From: an uncultured virus (IMG/VR IMGVR_UViG_3300031867_000012) | Lineage: Duplodnaviria > Heunggongvirae > Uroviricota > Caudoviricetes | DNA length: 64,000 nt | Virus record (IMG/VR): IMGVR_UViG_3300031867_000012 | Strand: one strand, 5' to 3' | Part shown: piece by piece, positions 43,187 through 53,329 of the stretch | How the letters are laid out: the number at the start of each line of letters is the position of its first letter | Position numbering within the stretch: position 1 is the stretch's first letter | Position numbers and translations under genes: made by a program | The notes under the pieces: model-generated | Databases searched by the model: none | What the model was told of the DNA's origin: nothing | The model's input: the letters and a program-made list of their open reading frames with translations, nothing else

Positions 43187-43936
43187 TTAATTAAATTCGT
43201 CATTAAATTCTTCTGGATTTTTTTGTATATAATTATAAGCAGCTGTTGCAATTGCTAATTCTTTTTCATCTAATGTCATCATTCCATTTTTCTTCAAAAA
43301 TGTTGGGAGTGATAAAGTAATATTACCATTTTTTGCTGCTCTCAATGAAAAATTAAATGTAGATAAATCATTCCAATTATATTCCTTTAAATCAATTGCA
43401 TAAATTGTAGGCATAAACAATACATCTTCAATATATCCTTTTTTATTATAATACATATAAAGAATAAATGACATATAAAAACTATTATATTCACCTTTAT
43501 AAAAATCAAGAATATTCTTTGCTGCTAAATATGCTTGACCACAACCATTGTTATAAACAACTAATGGGTTATCTGTGTCATTTGATTTACGGGGAATATA
43601 TGCAACACATTTAGCATCAACATGAACATTTTTATAATTATCAATATCTATAATATAATCTGGCCATTTCATTTTTCCATTAGGCTCAATATTTGTATTA
43701 AAAAAATGACCTGCAAATTCTTCTGCTAAACCTGGAACATCTAATCTATATATACAATTCTTTTTAGTATATAATTTAATAAAAGGTTCTAATTCGCTAT
43801 TAATATATGTCTTAATAGATTTTTCCCAAGATACTAATATATTATATACATTACTATCATAATATCTATTACAAAAATCTTCAAGAATATAATGTGGACG
43901 ATGTTTTCTATCACCAAAAATATTTGAATATTCCAT
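43187..43936 (-). CDS. putative PD-(D/E)XK (restriction-endonuclease-like) nuclease
   Basis: AEE...WPDYII...HVDAKC spacing. Confidence 0.55.
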   Translation of the reverse strand: MEYSNIFGDRKHRPHYILEDFCNRYYDSNVYNILVSWEKSIKTYINSELEPFIKLYTKKNCIYRLDVPGLAEEFAGHFFNTNIEPNGKMKWPDYIIDIDNYKNVHVDAKCVAYIPRKSNDTDNPLVVYNNGCGQAYLAAKNILDFYKGEYNSFYMSFILYMYYNKKGYIEDVLFMPTIYAIDLKEYNWNDLSTFNFSLRAAKNGNITLSLPTFLKKNGMMTLDEKELAIATAAYNYIQKNPEEFNDEFN

Positions 43937-43940
43937 TTAT

Positions 43941-44180
43941 TTAACTTAATTTATCTTCTACCCATTCATTAATAGCAAGTATTCCACCTACTATCAAAAA
44001 TGCAATTATAACAAATATACCTAACCATGAAAACCACCCATTCCAAAATGCTCGCCATGCATGAACTTTTTTTGATACTTGACGATCTCTATCAATAACA
44101 ACTTTATAAATAAAATATCCTATTGATAATAATACCCAACCTAATGCCCAAAATAAAATGGCAATCAAATCATTACTCAT
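43941..44180 (-). CDS. small two-TM membrane protein
   Basis: Two hydrophobic helices. Confidence 0.65.
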   Translation of the reverse strand: MSNDLIAILFWALGWVLLSIGYFIYKVVIDRDRQVSKKVHAWRAFWNGWFSWLGIFVIIAFLIVGGILAINEWVEDKLS

Positions 44181-44243
44181 TTCTATTATCTATAATAAAT
44201 GTTACACAATGTATAATAAATAAATTCAACTAATCTATAATAA

Positions 44244-46130
44244 TTAATATAGTTCAATTTTAATATTCTTTTCACGAGCTTTCTTCATCTTACCGGTATT
44301 TGAATCCAATGAATTAGTAAATACAATTTGTACTTCCTTCCAAGAAGTTGTATTACGATATTGTGGATTTAATTTCAAGAATTCTCCCTTAGACTTATAA
44401 TTATTAGGTTCTCCAGTAAGAATAACAGGAATTTGATTTGAAGCAGTTTTGGTAGCTTCCTGATGACGTACTTTAAAATCATCAAATGTCTTACCAAGAT
44501 GATTCAAAATTTCTTTTACTTCTTGATATTGTTCTGAATTTTCATTATAAATCCAATTAAATCCTTCTGAAGCAAGATGTGAGAAATCAGGATCTTCACC
44601 AAGGAAATATTTTACAACTTGTTCTGTAACTTTATCTCCACAGAACTTAAAGTTACATGATTTAATAATATCATTAAGAGTAAGATTATCAAGAATTTCT
44701 TTAAATGCCTTTTCAGCATTCTTACCTGATTTACCGGCACCAACACCAAAGAACATATCTTCAGGAGAAATTAGAAGAACATTAAATGGAAGATCTTTCT
44801 TTTCCTCACCAAAGAAATCCATTGTTGTTTCATCTGATTCTCTTTCAATAAATTCAAATATCTCTTTAGCTGTTTGTCCACCTACAGTAGGAATATTTAA
44901 AGCAGCAATAGAATTAATAAACTTATATCTACGTCTATCATTTTCAGAAAGAACAGCCATCAAATGAATATCATCTTCATAATATTCATGATTTGTTGGC
45001 ATTGGAATTTCTCCGTCTTTATTTTCTTGAGTTACTTTATACATGAAAGGAATAATATCACCAGCAAGACTCATAATAATTTTTGCTCCAATTGTAATTC
45101 CTTTTTCTCTCAAATAACCAAGATTATGGCCAGAACATTTAGCAACCATTCTACCATCCATTTCTACTGGTTTTACCCAAATAATAGGAGTATATTCACC
45201 GGTCTTACCAAGATTCCAAGTGATATTAGTTACTTCAGTCTCCTCAAGCATTGGAATGAACTTAATAGCTACACAATCGGAAGGACGACGTTCTGTAGTA
45301 TTATTAATTCTTTCTTTAGCAATTGGTTTAATTACAATGCCATCAAGAGCAAACTCACAATTATGTCGATAATTAGAAAAATCTTCATAAACTTTTGCAA
45401 AATATTTTGGTGTTTCAATTTTATCATTCTTTCTGTAAAATCCAGGGAATGGTTCACCACAAAATCCTATTTCTGTAAAATCATAATCTATCCATTCACC
45501 ATCTTCAAATCTACGATAATCATAAATAACTAAAGATAGATCATTAAGCATACTCATAAAATTTTCATCTTTAGAATCAAAATCTCTATTGAGTATTCCA
45601 GAAACAAATGAACGTGGATTAGTAAATTGATCTGAATATTTCTTTTCAAAAATATCCTTCTTAATCAATACTTCGCCACGTAAAGTATAATGTCCACCAA
45701 ATTCTGTTAATTCTTGTGGAATAAATTCAACTAAATGATCATATAAATCTCTTCCCCATGATCCATCACCACGAGAAGAAATTGATTGGATTATATCTTC
45801 ATCAATATCAACTTCAAATGAACACCCATCATACTTTGGAGTAATAATAAGATGTTTATTACCAAAGTACTTACGTGCTTCAGTGAAATATTTGTTCCAA
45901 TCAATATTTCCTTTCTTATCTTTATGAATTTGAACCTTAGAAATGGAACCCATTACAAAAGGATGTTTGACTGTATAAGATGGGTTATGTTTTGTTCCAA
46001 CTTCTGCCTTGTTTTCCAACCCAAGTTCCTTTTCGAGAGTGTCAAACTCAAAGTCAGTCATAATTTCCTGACCATTATAATAAGCTTCCTTAGCTCTGTA
46101 ATAAAGTTCAAGCTTTTCTTTCTTTGTCAT
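44244..46130 (-). CDS. ligA: NAD+-dependent DNA ligase
   Basis: AYY...MTDFEFD, HPFVMGSISK, KYDG adenylation motif, RGE, NPRS, DGIVIK, AIKF, GDIIP, C-terminal BRCT-like KMKKA. Confidence 0.92.
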   Translation of the reverse strand: MTKKEKLELYYRAKEAYYNGQEIMTDFEFDTLEKELGLENKAEVGTKHNPSYTVKHPFVMGSISKVQIHKDKKGNIDWNKYFTEARKYFGNKHLIITPKYDGCSFEVDIDEDIIQSISSRGDGSWGRDLYDHLVEFIPQELTEFGGHYTLRGEVLIKKDIFEKKYSDQFTNPRSFVSGILNRDFDSKDENFMSMLNDLSLVIYDYRRFEDGEWIDYDFTEIGFCGEPFPGFYRKNDKIETPKYFAKVYEDFSNYRHNCEFALDGIVIKPIAKERINNTTERRPSDCVAIKFIPMLEETEVTNITWNLGKTGEYTPIIWVKPVEMDGRMVAKCSGHNLGYLREKGITIGAKIIMSLAGDIIPFMYKVTQENKDGEIPMPTNHEYYEDDIHLMAVLSENDRRRYKFINSIAALNIPTVGGQTAKEIFEFIERESDETTMDFFGEEKKDLPFNVLLISPEDMFFGVGAGKSGKNAEKAFKEILDNLTLNDIIKSCNFKFCGDKVTEQVVKYFLGEDPDFSHLASEGFNWIYNENSEQYQEVKEILNHLGKTFDDFKVRHQEATKTASNQIPVILTGEPNNYKSKGEFLKLNPQYRNTTSWKEVQIVFTNSLDSNTGKMKKAREKNIKIELY

Positions 46131-46332
46131 ATTATATATTTTTAATATTTACTCAGTATAATATGTATCAATAATTTGTTGGTCCATTACTATTTCAACG
46201 GTATCATCATCGATTTTTGGTATATTTCTATATTTATGATCAAGATAACCACAAAATAATATAATTGAAATTATTAAAATGATTCTCCAAATTAAATTCT
46301 TCATATTATATTGTTTATTTAATTACATAATT

Positions 46333-46360
46333 AAAATAGACAATAAATTAAAAAATTCAA
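46333..46360 (-). promoter_or_regulatory. putative phage promoter
   Basis: TTGAAT-N16-TATTTT on the minus strand. Confidence 0.6.
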
Positions 46361-46391
46361 TTTATTTTTAATTAAATAAAATTTAAATAAA

Positions 46392-46907
46392 ATGAAAAGT
46401 GTTTCTGAATATATCGATGAATCCTTTAAATCATCCATTATGAATTTTTTTAGTAAATTATTTAAAAAAGAAAATAAAGATGATAATAAAACAAAAGAAA
46501 ATGAATATGAAATAAAAATTAAAGGATCTTTAGATAATCAAACAATTAAATTAAATAAAGATGAATTATATAATAGTATAAAGAAATTATCAGAAACTAA
46601 TAATATCAAAAACTTTATTTTTATTCTTTGTGAAATGGAAACTGCTGATGATGTTTCAAGACCATATGTATATAAATATAAAGAAATGAAAAATAAAGAA
46701 ATTATATTATCTAAATGGGATTGTAAAAATTTGAATGAAATAAAAAATAATATTGATCAATTCATAAAAGATTTAGAAAATATTAAAGAAGAAGAATTAA
46801 TCATAAATATTAATAAAGAAGCTTATAGATTTAATGATTCTAAAGTTGTATTAGAACGTTTTAATATGACAGATTTTGTTTGTGTATTAGTAAGTTTCTT
46901 TGTATAA
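46392..46907 (+). CDS. putative virion internal protein; lone plus-strand gene in this block
   Basis: N-terminus MKSVSEYIDE; has its own terminator. Confidence 0.6.
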   Translation: MKSVSEYIDESFKSSIMNFFSKLFKKENKDDNKTKENEYEIKIKGSLDNQTIKLNKDELYNSIKKLSETNNIKNFIFILCEMETADDVSRPYVYKYKEMKNKEIILSKWDCKNLNEIKNNIDQFIKDLENIKEEELIININKEAYRFNDSKVVLERFNMTDFVCVLVSFFV

Positions 46908-46917
46908 ACATAAAAAT

Positions 46918-46940
46918 GGAGAGGTTTGCACCTCTCCTTT
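46918..46940. terminator. terminator between convergent genes
   Basis: GGAGAGGT/ACCTCTCC. Confidence 0.7.
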
Positions 46941-46966
46941 ATTCATTATTTATGTATTTACTTTGA

Positions 46967-47440
46967 TTATGATTTAACAATCCAATCGGCTGCACTAGTT
47001 ACAAGTGGACAAAGTGTCTTATATCGAACTTCATAACCCATACTTTCAACCCAACCTTTAGCAGTTTGATAAACCTCATTTGATTTAAACTTTGGGTTTG
47101 GATTAATATCAATATCAATATAATTAATTCTATTGATACCTGCATTTTTTAGATTTTCCGCAATCTCAAGACTCATTTCTACCTCATGAAGAAGACGAAT
47201 ACTTCTTATTGTTTCTTTCTTTTCGTGCCACTTCCTATAAATACAATGTGCACCATGACCAGGATTATACATTGCAATTACTGTTGAATATGTTGTCTTA
47301 CGGCCTTTATTTTGTGAGTCAGTACCTATTATAAGCTCAATATTATCATTTTTATGTTTGTCAAGGTAATCCTTAACATATGTTGTTACATCACTAAGAA
47401 TTTCTGAATTAAACTTCTTAAACTGTATATCTGCAATCAT
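46967..47440 (-). CDS. RNase H-like YkuK/DUF458 family protein
   Basis: IIGTDSQ, RLLHEVEMS, DIDIN, SAAD. Confidence 0.85.
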   Translation of the reverse strand: MIADIQFKKFNSEILSDVTTYVKDYLDKHKNDNIELIIGTDSQNKGRKTTYSTVIAMYNPGHGAHCIYRKWHEKKETIRSIRLLHEVEMSLEIAENLKNAGINRINYIDIDINPNPKFKSNEVYQTAKGWVESMGYEVRYKTLCPLVTSAADWIVKS

Positions 47441-47826
47441 TTTTAAATGTTATTTATTAATATTTTTGTTATTAAAAATGCTATCATTATGATAACTATA
47501 ATAATTTTTATCCATTCTATTTTTGGATTATCAGGAAAATTTACTATATTTCCCGTCTTTAAATCACGAACTGCTAAATTTCCCATTGTCTATCTTTTTA
47601 TCTATTTTTTCATTATATCTTATATCCCATTCAGAGAGATTTCTCCATTTATCTATAATAAGATAATTCTTGCACCACTCTTTGTAAGAAACTAACCATT
47701 TATGATTTTTCCCATCATTAAGTTCTACCTTATTTATATTACAAGCAAAACTATAATTAAAATACTTGTCATTAATTAAATTCTTACAAATCATAATTAT
47801 ATTATCTCTTATTTAAATACATAAAT

Positions 47827-47854
47827 AATATAGTAAATCAAATAAAAAATTCAA
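47827..47854 (-). promoter_or_regulatory. putative phage promoter
   Basis: TTGAAT-N16-TATATT; near-identical to the copy at 50633-50660. Confidence 0.7.
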
Positions 47855-47882
47855 TTTATATTTAATAAAAATGGAGAACTTT

Positions 47883-48434
47883 TTATTGTTCTCCAGATTT
47901 CATACTTTCTAATTTCTTTAATATAATTGGAATCATTTTATCTACTGCATCTCTTGATTCCACTTCTATATATTCTAAATTATATTTATTATACGTTTCT
48001 TTTATAATTTTATCTAATTCTTTAGATTGTTTCAAATTATGTATTCTCCCATAATCCTCAAATTCAATATTTCCACGTTTAATAAAAAAATCTAAATTAA
48101 CAAATTTCTTATATTCTGAAATTATTAATGTATCAAATTCTGGATTTTCTCCTTGTTTATATATAATATTATTGATAAAAGATCCATCATGAACAATACA
48201 ATCCACTTTTCCTAATTTATTTGAAATTGAATAATGTTCCATACCAAAAATAGGTATTTGATTGATCGGCATTGTTTGATTTTCTTCATATATACGTTCT
48301 TTAATATATTCCGAAACTAATTCACAATGTACTCCCATTTTCTTAAGTCTTGCAAACAATTCAGCCGCTACTGTGGATTTTCCACTACAGGGCCCACCAA
48401 TTAAATTAATAACTAAAGTGCTATTATAATCCAT
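47883..48434 (-). CDS. P-loop kinase/ATPase (AAA_28/NadR-like)
   Basis: GGPCSGKST Walker A; IVHD. Confidence 0.8.
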   Translation of the reverse strand: MDYNSTLVINLIGGPCSGKSTVAAELFARLKKMGVHCELVSEYIKERIYEENQTMPINQIPIFGMEHYSISNKLGKVDCIVHDGSFINNIIYKQGENPEFDTLIISEYKKFVNLDFFIKRGNIEFEDYGRIHNLKQSKELDKIIKETYNKYNLEYIEVESRDAVDKMIPIILKKLESMKSGEQ

Positions 48435-48457
48435 TTCATCTCTATATCATATTTTTA

Positions 48458-48814
48458 TTATTCATTAATATAATTAACTTTTACGAAAAACATATTTTTA
48501 ATTTTTTCAAATGTATTAATAACTCTATTATAATATCCTTGTGCAAAATTAGATCTAATACCCGGAAAATATTTAACAATTTCTTTCTTTACCTTCTGAG
48601 GAACAAACAAATCAAATGTCTTACTATTTATTAAATCAAACATCTGATTCATATATACTTCTACAATATACTTAATCTCATCTTTACTATAATAACCATT
48701 CATTTTCTCATAAATCTTATTGTATTTAATAAGACCGTTTAATGATAAATCATAATCATGAGTTAATTGATTATATATCGATAAATTGAATATATTTAAA
48801 GTATTTTTACTCAT
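48458..48814 (-). CDS. hypothetical protein
   Basis: 118-aa ORF. Confidence 0.65.
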   Translation of the reverse strand: MSKNTLNIFNLSIYNQLTHDYDLSLNGLIKYNKIYEKMNGYYSKDEIKYIVEVYMNQMFDLINSKTFDLFVPQKVKKEIVKYFPGIRSNFAQGYYNRVINTFEKIKNMFFVKVNYINE

Positions 48815-48825
48815 ACAGAAATTAA

Positions 48826-48926
48826 CACAGGGACATTTATTTGTTAATAAGTATATAATTTTATTAATTATCTATAAAAATTAACCTGAGTGTCCCAGGC
48901 GACTTCCTGTGATAATCAGGTTAATT
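48826..48926 (-). ncRNA. candidate pseudoknotted RNA element
   Basis: 11-bp stem AATTAACCTGA/TCAGGTTAATT; loop CACAGG and GGGACA are complementary to downstream TGTCCCTGTG. Confidence 0.5.
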
Positions 48927-49170
48927 ATTCTTACTGGTATATTCTGAAAATTTCTTTAAATGGTACTGAATAGGTTCATTTACATAAATTCTATCTTGAA
49001 ATTCAGGACAATAATTATTTTGTGAAGCTTTATTCAATTTCCACATCTTACCATCACATCCTTTATTGAATTTCTGACAAAAATTACAAATATCATTAGT
49101 TTGGTATTTGTTTAGATAATTCATAAAAGTTAAAATATATTAATTTAATATAGAATTTTATAATAATAAA

Positions 49171-49800
49171 TTATAAATCTTCATATAATAAAGTAATATG
49201 ATTCTTTTTTATTTCTGGGGCATCTAAACCTTGTTCAATACATAAATTCTCAAATTTTATTGTATTGAATGGGTGAGTAATAATATGTACACCTGATTTT
49301 GTTGGCAAACATATTACAATTACCTTTTCAAATTTACTATCACAAGATTCAATGAATTCACAATATTTTTTTAATCTTTCATCATCAATATTCATTTCAT
49401 CTACATCAAGAATCCATCTCTTCTCTTTACCATCAAGACCGCCATTAACTGAGTCACAAAACCTCCATGGTTTCTTGAATTCTCCTGTGGCTACCATCTC
49501 AGCATATTTCAAAAGGGTCTTTTTTGAAAGTTCAATCTTTGATTTTGCATTTACACTAATATAAGCACGCAAACCAAATAGCTTACAACATGTCTTGATT
49601 TCATCAATATATCTATCAAATAACTCAATAGAATCTATATAATATTGTTTGAATGTATAGTTAGCTGCAGGAAGATTTGGATGGTCCTTGCCTCTACGTA
49701 CTAAAGATACATCAAAATACAAATCTTTCCTATACATTTGCTTGACAGGAATACCTAGATCAAGCATATATTGTCTCATTGTTAAAATATTATCTGTCAT
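49171..49800 (-). CDS. AEP (primase-polymerase)-like fold protein
   Basis: WILDVD (DxD) and TKSGVH motifs. Confidence 0.45.
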   Translation of the reverse strand: MTDNILTMRQYMLDLGIPVKQMYRKDLYFDVSLVRRGKDHPNLPAANYTFKQYYIDSIELFDRYIDEIKTCCKLFGLRAYISVNAKSKIELSKKTLLKYAEMVATGEFKKPWRFCDSVNGGLDGKEKRWILDVDEMNIDDERLKKYCEFIESCDSKFEKVIVICLPTKSGVHIITHPFNTIKFENLCIEQGLDAPEIKKNHITLLYEDL

Positions 49801-49804
49801 ATAT

Positions 49805-50107
49805 TTAATAATTTAATATATTTTGTTTAAACAATACAATATCAGAATTGCTTCTCCAAGCTTTAGTTAATTTCTTGGTAAAAGTAAGTTTATCTCCATT
49901 TTTTTGTTCCCATTTTTTCTTGTTACAATAAAGTCTACCATCCCAATATTCTACAAGAACTTCACAATGAAAATAATCACCACGTTGCCATGCATCTCTA
50001 AAATCCTTGACAACTGCTTTACGATATGATGCATCTGTCTTTGGTACTAAAACCAATATCTCATCACCAACTTCAATCTTATTACCTACATTATCAAAAT
50101 ATTCCAT
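49805..50107 (-). CDS. small SH3-like protein
   Basis: DNVGNKIEVGD motif. Confidence 0.6.
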   Translation of the reverse strand: MEYFDNVGNKIEVGDEILVLVPKTDASYRKAVVKDFRDAWQRGDYFHCEVLVEYWDGRLYCNKKKWEQKNGDKLTFTKKLTKAWRSNSDIVLFKQNILNY

Positions 50108-50110
50108 AAT

Positions 50111-50362
50111 TTAATATTCTGTACTTAATTTAACATTATCATATTCTTTAATAAATTCATCTGCTGACATCCTATCCATATCCCAATCACCAGGATATAA
50201 ATTACCATCTTCGTCTTCATAATCACCAAGAAAATGCCAATATTCAATTATATTAGAATAAGAACCCCATATTACATAGTTACCATATTCATCAACATAT
50301 AATCTTTTATCAGGATTATTTACCAACCAGTTAAGAGCTTCTTTTGAATTATTAAATTTCAT
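50111..50362 (-). CDS. hypothetical protein
   Basis: 83-aa ORF. Confidence 0.65.
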   Translation of the reverse strand: MKFNNSKEALNWLVNNPDKRLYVDEYGNYVIWGSYSNIIEYWHFLGDYEDEDGNLYPGDWDMDRMSADEFIKEYDNVKLSTEY

Positions 50363-50610
50363 TTTTTATTAACTTTAATCAAATAAACATTCTTCCAATT
50401 AATTTTATAAGACTTTTTAAGTTTAATCTCTTTATTTGATCTATAACCAATATCAGGGATTATTACTATCTTATCATCACCTTTCTTATCTTTATTGAAC
50501 CCAACAACGTGCCCATAAATTCGACATTGAGAAGTCAAACATAATACAGTTGAACCTAATACCAATTCATGTCCAAGACTATCATAGTAATTTTCAAATA
50601 AAGTACTCAT
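50359..50610 (-). CDS. small SH3-like protein
   Basis: DSLGHELVLG motif. Confidence 0.6.
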   Translation of the reverse strand: MSTLFENYYDSLGHELVLGSTVLCLTSQCRIYGHVVGFNKDKKGDDKIVIIPDIGYRSNKEIKLKKSYKINWKNVYLIKVNKK

Positions 50611-50632
50611 ATCTTTCTTAATTTACATAAAT

Positions 50633-50660
50633 AATATAGTAAATCAAATTAAAAATTCAA
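50633..50660 (-). promoter_or_regulatory. putative phage promoter
   Basis: TTGAAT-N16-TATATT. Confidence 0.7.
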
Positions 50661-50729
50661 TTTATATATAACAAAAAATCCACCTACTTTCACAAGCAAG
50701 TGGATCTATTATAAAATAACCCCTAATTT

Positions 50730-51578
50730 TTATTTTTGATAATTCTCATTCTTAGGTTGATCAACCTTTTCATCAGTACCATAAACATTACGATACTTCT
50801 GAAAATCTTCATACTTAACCTTTACAATAAGTCGCTTACCCATACGATTACGAAGACCTAAATCAGTACGAAGAACAAGACCTTCAGCCATCTTTGCATT
50901 CGGATTCTCGGCAACCTTAGAACGGAAGCCCTTACGAACAAAATCAATTGCTTCATCAAGAGTAAAGTAACCAATCAATGGTACAATAGGTGCCCCAAGC
51001 TTAGTTGCAATCTCATCACGAGCAGAAGTCAAAAGATAAATGTCATTTACTTTAACATCAAATACAATAAACTCATTTCCATCTTTGATATACCAACTAC
51101 CAGACTGGATTCCTGCTCCATAACCTTCACCATAAATAGTATAAATATTAGGTATAACATCATAATTAGGTGTTACCCCATCTTCCATAACCCACTTATG
51201 ATCAACAAACTCTTCTACAGGAATAAACTCTTTAAGACCAAGTGATGCAAGTACTTTTTCATTTGGGTACTTCTCTTGCATATGCTTAAGCAAATTCTTT
51301 GGAATCTGGGCATTATCTGTCTTTCCAGCAATACGTACATTAAACTGTACACCAATAAGTTTTACTTCAGGATTATCCTCATAAATTGGCTGCTTAGTAA
51401 CCTCAATACGGATATTTGTTCCGTCCACTTTTTCTTCCCCGCGCCACTTCAAACCACGAAGATAGTTGAACTCAGGCTCAACAAATGGCTCATAAGGCAT
51501 AATGACATTCTTTGCATCACGCATGAAGATAGTGTTAATCTTCTGATAAGTGTTCTCGCTTCTTTTCTGTTTTCCCAT
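50730..51578 (-). CDS. ATP-dependent RNA ligase (Rnl2-like nucleotidyltransferase)
   Basis: YQKI, EKVDGTN (motif I), YGEGYG (III), FDVKV (IIIa), EGLVLR (IV), KVK (V). Confidence 0.85.
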   Translation of the reverse strand: MGKQKRSENTYQKINTIFMRDAKNVIMPYEPFVEPEFNYLRGLKWRGEEKVDGTNIRIEVTKQPIYEDNPEVKLIGVQFNVRIAGKTDNAQIPKNLLKHMQEKYPNEKVLASLGLKEFIPVEEFVDHKWVMEDGVTPNYDVIPNIYTIYGEGYGAGIQSGSWYIKDGNEFIVFDVKVNDIYLLTSARDEIATKLGAPIVPLIGYFTLDEAIDFVRKGFRSKVAENPNAKMAEGLVLRTDLGLRNRMGKRLIVKVKYEDFQKYRNVYGTDEKVDQPKNENYQK

Positions 51579-51922
51579 AATTTTTAATTTTTTAATGTTT
51601 TTACTACTAATTTGTTTTCGATCCTATATAGCTCAGTAGCAGAACATTATTTATTGTTAATAACTTTCACACATTTCAGTATAACATTCAATAGAATAAA
51701 TAGAAGGCCAAAATCCTTGATATTTTCTATACCACTTTGCATACAAGAAACAATGTGCCATATCACCTTCATAAAGGATTTTTGTAGTACTATCAAAAAC
51801 TACATATTTACCTGACTTAGATTCCAACTGAAGTTCAAAATCATCTTCTATCAAAGTTTCAAAAAACTTATCTGAATTATTTGAAGGATTAAACATATTA
51901 TTTATTTATTAGTTACATAAAT

Positions 51923-51950
51923 AATATAGACATATTTTTAAAAAATTCAA
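51923..51950 (-). promoter_or_regulatory. putative phage promoter
   Basis: TTGAAT-N16-TATATT. Confidence 0.7.
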
Positions 51951-51951
51951 T

Positions 51952-52434
51952 TCAAGTTGGATAAATTTGTGCTGATTGTTTCCAAGTTAACTTATCATAG
52001 AAGAAAAGTATTCTCTTAGTTGGTGCATTTTCAAAAGCTGATACTTTGGCAAATCCTAAATGTTTCATTGCAAAATATTCTTCTTGGAAAGTACCTTGTG
52101 GTTTATGATCATAGAATGAGGCAGGCACTTTCAAATATTCATCAAGATATTCCTTCAATACAATTTGCCTGATAATTCCTTCGTGCTCACATTGGTTGCA
52201 GGAATAAACTTTTCCATCTATATCTATATATCCAACCCATGGAAACTTTTCACTTAATTCATTTTGATTAGGAATATCAAAGAAATTATTAAATTTATAT
52301 GCTAGTTCATTATATTTCCTTTCCCATTCATCTGCTTTATCTTGATAATAAGGTAAATAATCACTATCATCATAAGGTACATTAAAATGCAACTCATGTT
52401 GATGATTAAGCAGTCTTTCTAATTTTGTAATCAT
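51952..52434 (-). CDS. hypothetical protein
   Basis: 160-aa ORF. Confidence 0.7.
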   Translation of the reverse strand: MITKLERLLNHQHELHFNVPYDDSDYLPYYQDKADEWERKYNELAYKFNNFFDIPNQNELSEKFPWVGYIDIDGKVYSCNQCEHEGIIRQIVLKEYLDEYLKVPASFYDHKPQGTFQEEYFAMKHLGFAKVSAFENAPTKRILFFYDKLTWKQSAQIYPT

Positions 52435-52739
52435 AACTCAAAACTTTCGATAATTTCACATTTACATTTATTGCCATAATTAACTTCATGCCAATCTTTG
52501 ATATACTTTTTCATTTCATCTAAAGTATGTGTTGTATGTTGGATTCTTTCTCCTTCATAACCATATTCATGTCCTACTTTATGCCAGAATCCAAATATAC
52601 GACCTTTACGTTTTACTTCATACCATTCACTTTGTTCAATTGAAGTAGATTCTGGTACATATTGTCTACTAATTGGAAATTTACCTGAAGGTATAACCTT
52701 TAAGGATTTAGAATATTTTTTAATTATTTTATATTTCAT
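52431..52739 (-). CDS. hypothetical protein
   Basis: Start placed at ATG 52739. Confidence 0.6.
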   Translation of the reverse strand: MKYKIIKKYSKSLKVIPSGKFPISRQYVPESTSIEQSEWYEVKRKGRIFGFWHKVGHEYGYEGERIQHTTHTLDEMKKYIKDWHEVNYGNKCKCEIIESFEL

Positions 52740-53046
52740 AATCTTTATCTTCAAAAAATATTTCTTCAATTATTATTATGCCTTTACAATTTTGAAGTGT
52801 TTCTTCATCTTCCCATGCTTTTATATTAAATATAATTTGACTATTATCTATTGTTCTTATCAAATTTTCTGGGATGATATTAAGTGATGGGTCTTGAAGA
52901 TTACACCATTTTGTTATATCTTCAAGAATTATTTCCATTCTTTCTTGACCTTTATCTTTTGAGTGATAATAGAAAGGGCCCCATGTAAGCATTGTCTCAT
53001 TTGGGTAAATTATATTTCCTTCTACTTTATAGTTTCTTTTATTCAT
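52729..53046 (-). CDS. hypothetical protein
   Basis: 105-aa ORF. Confidence 0.65.
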   Translation of the reverse strand: MNKRNYKVEGNIIYPNETMLTWGPFYYHSKDKGQERMEIILEDITKWCNLQDPSLNIIPENLIRTIDNSQIIFNIKAWEDEETLQNCKGIIIIEEIFFEDKDYEI

Positions 53047-53056
53047 ATAATTATCT

Positions 53057-53329
53057 TTATGATTGAATATAATTAATTAATTTATTATAATTATCTAACC
53101 ATTCTTGAGATTCTTGATAAGATTTAAGTATATCATTAAATTCTGGATCTGTCTCGTCTAATATCCACTCCTTTTTATAAATACTACTTAATGAAAAATG
53201 AGAACCTTTCATATGGTTTTCAGTTTCATCTTGAATATTATCAATTTCTTCAGCACTAGTACCTATATATTCTTGAGTAATATCCGAATAATATGGATCA
53301 ATTGCAATGTATTTTATAATTCTTTTCAT
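53057..53329 (-). CDS. hypothetical protein
   Basis: 90-aa ORF. Confidence 0.65.
   Translation of the reverse strand: MKRIIKYIAIDPYYSDITQEYIGTSAEEIDNIQDETENHMKGSHFSLSSIYKKEWILDETDPEFNDILKSYQESQEWLDNYNKLINYIQS

Noticed and set aside
44964..46145. Plus-strand ORFs of 189 and 97 aa
   Set aside because: Antisense to the well-supported DNA ligase, with shadow-like composition. The same applies to most short opposite-strand ORFs in the track.
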